NCBI GenBank assembly: GCA_023426865.1
Contig: JAEZBT010000024.1
Location: forward strand, 1-47,060
Source of the DNA: Actinomycetes bacterium
GTDB taxonomy: Bacteria > Actinomycetota > Actinomycetes > Actinomycetales > Cellulomonadaceae
DNA: 47,060 bases
Reading direction: 5' to 3'
Made by a program: the position numbers and the translations under genes. The notes beneath the pieces are model-generated. The model did no database searches, was not told where the DNA came from, and was given only the letters and a program-made list of their open reading frames with translations. How positions within the stretch are numbered: the stretch's first letter is position 1; the number at the start of each line of letters is the position of its first letter. Shown here one piece after another: positions 43,783 through 47,060 of the stretch.

Positions 43783-45644
43783 GCCAGCAGTTGACCGCGT
43801 ACGAGGACCCGTTCCGCCCCATCTATGAGCGGTACTCGATCGCCACCTGGGCCGCCGCGGGTCTGATTGCCTTTGTGGTCACGCTCTTCTCCGACTACCA
43901 GGCGACGCTCTTCTACCTGTTTGCGGCCTTCTGCATCTCCATGGCCGCCTACCGAGCGCTGCCGGCTATGCGCCTTCATCGCGTGCAGCGGGCCATGAAC
44001 GGCGCTGGGCTGACCTTTATGACACGTGCCGAGCTGAAGGCCATCTGCGCGGAGAAGCCGGGCCACTTGTTTCTCGGCTACGGGTTCAACTGGTCACAGG
44101 AGCAGACCCAGATTGCGTACACGATCACTCGGTACGATCCGGACAAGCTTATGCCCCGGTCCGAAGGGGCCATGGGTCACCGCTGGATCCATGGACTGGG
44201 CGTGATGCACGAGGCGAAGCTGTTCATGCCGGTGGAGCATGCCGGCACGCACACGCTGATTGTCGGCACCACCGGCTCCGGTAAGACGCGAACCTTCGAT
44301 GCTCTGATCGCCCAGATGATCGCCATGGACTACGCGGTGATCATCATCGACCCGAAGGGCGATCGGGACATGTGCGACGCTGCGCGCATCGCATGCGAGG
44401 AATTGGGACGTCCCAATGACTTCGTGTACTTCCACCCGGCGTTCCCGGAGAAGTCGGCACGTATCGACCCACTGAAGAATTTCGGTCGAGCCACCGAGCT
44501 GGCAACCCGAATCGCCAGCCTCATCCAGTCGGAGAGCACCTCGGATCCCTTCGTGTCCTTCTCGATGATGGCGGTGAATAAGCTGTGCGAGGCGCTGCTG
44601 TTCATTGCCGACCGCCCGTCCATCGTGATGCTCCGGCGCCTGCTCGAAGGCGGCATGACCGGCCTGATGATCCGAGTCCTCGAGACTCACTTCGAGCGAG
44701 TGAAGCCTGGCAAGGATGCCAACGGGCTGGATGCGGCTAATGGCTGGATCGTCGAGTCCAAGCCGTTCGTGGAGAAGATGCGCGCGAAGGGCGAGGAGGG
44801 CATAGCCAAAGCGTACATCCAGTATTACCGCGACCACATAATGCCTATTAGTGCCAATTCGACGGTCGAGGGCCTGATCTCCAGCTTCGAGCACGACAGC
44901 ACGCACTTCGGCAAGATGGTGACATCGCTGATGCCGGTCCTGACCATGCTGACGTCGGGCCCCATGGGAGGCCTCCTGTCCCCGAACTACGAGGACGCCG
45001 AGGACAGTCGCCTCATCACCGACTTCGGCAAGATCACGCGGGCTGGCCAGGTTGCTTACCTGGGCTTGGACTCGCTGTCGGACTCCATGGTGGCCAGCGC
45101 CATTGGCTCGCTGTTCCTGTCGGATCTGACCGCCGTCGCCGGCGACCGGTACAATTTCGGCGAGCGGTCTGAGCAGGTGCGCATCGCACTTTTCGTGGAC
45201 GAGTGTGCGGAGGTCATCAACGCGCCGCTGGTGCAGCTGCTCAACAAGGGCCGCGGCTCCGGGTTCAGCTGCTTCCTGGCTACCCAGACCATCTCGGACA
45301 TCGCGGATCGACTGGGCTCCAAGGATCTGGCCCTGAAGACCCTGGGCAACATCAACAACGTGATCGCTCTGCGCTGCAATGACACCGGGACGCAGGAGTA
45401 CATTGCCGACATGTTCTCGGAGACGGTCGTGCGCCGGGTCGACGTTGGGCACTCGGCTGCCAGTGAAAGCGATAACCCATTGATTTTCCGAGGCACCGTC
45501 AGTGAATCCTTGAAAGAGGAGACGGTGCCTCTCGTGCCGGCCCAGATGTTAAGCTGTGTGCCCAACCTGGAGGGGTTTGCACGCGTCTCTGCAGGGCGCG
45601 TAATCAAGTGGCGCGTTCCCATCTTGACTGCCAAGGCGGGCTGA
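43779..45644 (+). CDS. traD: Type IV coupling protein (SXT/TOL-type TraD)
   Basis: YEDPFRPIYE, two TM segments, WIHGLG, GTTGSGKT, IIDPKGD, FVDECAE and LLNKGRG. Confidence 0.95.
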   Translation: MSQQLTAYEDPFRPIYERYSIATWAAAGLIAFVVTLFSDYQATLFYLFAAFCISMAAYRALPAMRLHRVQRAMNGAGLTFMTRAELKAICAEKPGHLFLGYGFNWSQEQTQIAYTITRYDPDKLMPRSEGAMGHRWIHGLGVMHEAKLFMPVEHAGTHTLIVGTTGSGKTRTFDALIAQMIAMDYAVIIIDPKGDRDMCDAARIACEELGRPNDFVYFHPAFPEKSARIDPLKNFGRATELATRIASLIQSESTSDPFVSFSMMAVNKLCEALLFIADRPSIVMLRRLLEGGMTGLMIRVLETHFERVKPGKDANGLDAANGWIVESKPFVEKMRAKGEEGIAKAYIQYYRDHIMPISANSTVEGLISSFEHDSTHFGKMVTSLMPVLTMLTSGPMGGLLSPNYEDAEDSRLITDFGKITRAGQVAYLGLDSLSDSMVASAIGSLFLSDLTAVAGDRYNFGERSEQVRIALFVDECAEVINAPLVQLLNKGRGSGFSCFLATQTISDIADRLGSKDLALKTLGNINNVIALRCNDTGTQEYIADMFSETVVRRVDVGHSAASESDNPLIFRGTVSESLKEETVPLVPAQMLSCVPNLEGFARVSAGRVIKWRVPILTAKAG

Positions 45645-46315
45645 TGGGTTCGCTGGGTAACAGAGCGCGAGCGTTTCATCCCAATGTAAGGCTTCCTGCT
45701 AGGAAGGCAGATAGTCGGTCCCTCCACGTGTCCAACCTCAGTTTCGTACGCACACCAGCCTCGGTGCTCACGGAGATCCTGCGCCACATGCGGATCGCCC
45801 AGCACGCGCGCGTCGTGTTCGAGATATTCCCGGAGCTGCAGCCGGGAACTGAGGGTCTGGCCTGGCATCTCAGCGAGCGACTGCCTTGGCCGGAGCCGCT
45901 GCCGCTTGAGTCCACCGCCCCGCTGATCGGCGTGTGCATCAAGTCGGCCATGGAATGGATGAACCACCGAGCAGCGCAGCCCGAGGCGTCCCGCCGCGAC
46001 GTACAGACTGCCTACCTTGCCGGCCTGTTGTTCCACACGCCCGAGGTTGTGCACCTCGAAGTGCGAGACGGCGAGCGGGTGTGGGATCCGCTTAAAGAAG
46101 CTGAGGATCCTCTCTGCATGTGGCTGCCGCGGCACCCACACGCGATCATTCAGGTTCGAGAGCTGAGTCCATATGAGCAGCGCCCACCGGGGCCAGCCAT
46201 CCGGATGCTCCTGCTCCGAAAGATCTATCCCGGCGGCCACTGGGGCCGGCTGGATGTCGAGGTCGGCCATGTCTTCCGCCCACCTGATCACCTCATACCG
46301 CCGCGGGAGCAGTGA
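45644..46315 (+). CDS. Hypothetical protein resembling a catalytically dead MOBH HD domain
   Basis: TGATG coupling to traD; AYLAGLLFHTPEVVHLEV...VWDPL..DPLCMWL parallels the relaxase segment TMLGGLFHDLGKPLVD...TWPSMDGSLYAWL. Confidence 0.6.
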   Translation: MGSLGNRARAFHPNVRLPARKADSRSLHVSNLSFVRTPASVLTEILRHMRIAQHARVVFEIFPELQPGTEGLAWHLSERLPWPEPLPLESTAPLIGVCIKSAMEWMNHRAAQPEASRRDVQTAYLAGLLFHTPEVVHLEVRDGERVWDPLKEAEDPLCMWLPRHPHAIIQVRELSPYEQRPPGPAIRMLLLRKIYPGGHWGRLDVEVGHVFRPPDHLIPPREQ

Positions 46316-46956
46316 TGGCCAAGGGTCAGTCTTCCACCTGGTACAAACTCTTTCTGCTCCTGACGCTTTACGTCGGCCTGTTCATCGTCTTTGTTGGAGA
46401 GAGCTACCTGGTCAAAGTGATCGAGGTCGAGGGGGGCATGAACCGCGACTTCTATTCTGGCGAAGTGGCGGAAAAGTCCACGGATCGCGGCAGCCGCTGG
46501 TTTACCGCGGTGTTCGTCGACACTCAGATCATGGCCCATACCTTCGAGCCGTTTATCCCCACTGAGGAGGAGATGCAGGCGGCGAAGGGTATGGAGGACT
46601 TCGGCCGCCCGGTCTTCCACTGGTGGGAAGGTCGCTTACGCGCCTGGTGGACGCTCATTTGGGCGTGTTTCGTGCGACTGTCGAGTGTGCTGCTGTGGGC
46701 GCCGTACTCGCTCCTCTTCATCGTGCCGTGGCTCGTCGATGGGCTGGTGGAGCGCGAGAAGGGCAAGCACACGTTCGCCTACGCCAGCCCGATGCGGAAC
46801 CGCTACGCGATGATGGCGCTGGCAGTGATGCCACTGGTGTTTCTGGTCATCCTCACCGCGCCGCTGCCGCTCCACCCGTTGACCACGCCAATCCTGCTGA
46901 TCCTGATCGGCGTTATGGTCTATCAGCTGGTGGCCAACTTCATGAAGCGGGCCTAG
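46315..46956 (+). CDS. DUF4400 family conjugative transfer membrane protein
   Basis: About four TM segments, VDGLVEREKGKHTFAYASP motif; position after traD as in SXT/IncC-type modules. Confidence 0.85.
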   Translation: MAKGQSSTWYKLFLLLTLYVGLFIVFVGESYLVKVIEVEGGMNRDFYSGEVAEKSTDRGSRWFTAVFVDTQIMAHTFEPFIPTEEEMQAAKGMEDFGRPVFHWWEGRLRAWWTLIWACFVRLSSVLLWAPYSLLFIVPWLVDGLVEREKGKHTFAYASPMRNRYAMMALAVMPLVFLVILTAPLPLHPLTTPILLILIGVMVYQLVANFMKRA

Positions 46957-47060
46957 AGCGCCCAAGGTGCCAGCCGTGGCCACGCCGCGGCTCCGATTAG
47001 AGCGCGGGCGTGGCCCCGCCCCGTGTTTCCCCTACGCGGCGCCCAGGACCGTATTAGAGA

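Larger units (their letters stand above)
1..47060. mobile_element. Part of a large conjugative plasmid (MOBH relaxase, type IVb pilus, TrfA-like iteron replicon)
   Basis: Rep, iterons, parAB, relaxase, coupling protein, pil operon and ssb occur together. No integrase or chromosomal housekeeping gene is visible in the window. Confidence 0.9.

Overview
GC-rich segment of a large conjugative plasmid, probably from a Xanthomonadaceae-type host (inferred from gene content, not proven). From left to right it holds: (i) cargo, namely an S8 autotransporter protease cut by the window edge, a stand-alone nDsbD, a beta-barrel OMP, a small lipoprotein and an EAL phosphodiesterase; (ii) a replicon made of parA-parB-RHH, an initiator in which a DnaA domain I is fused to a TrfA-like Rep, and an iteron origin with 11 iterons, DnaA/IHF boxes and DUE-like repeats; (iii) a CTPase-less chromosomal-type ParB behind two variant parS palindromes; (iv) a type IVb pilus locus (pilL-N-P-O-Q-R-S-V like) with two extra PilT/DotB-like ATPases, an amidase and lytic transglycosylases; (v) RdgC, RusA, UvrD-like helicase, ssb and small leading-region-type genes; (vi) a MOBH relaxase, TraD coupling protein and DUF4400 transfer module. 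The strongest unannotated signal is a plasmid-wide promoter architecture, YAACY-N17-RGTTR followed 27-28 nt later by a -10 hexamer with no -35. I found 12 exact boxes and one variant, serving 14 promoters that include the pilus and relaxase operons. A separate conserved structured 5' leader motif precedes at least three genes. All protein family calls come from motif recognition by eye; no database search was run.
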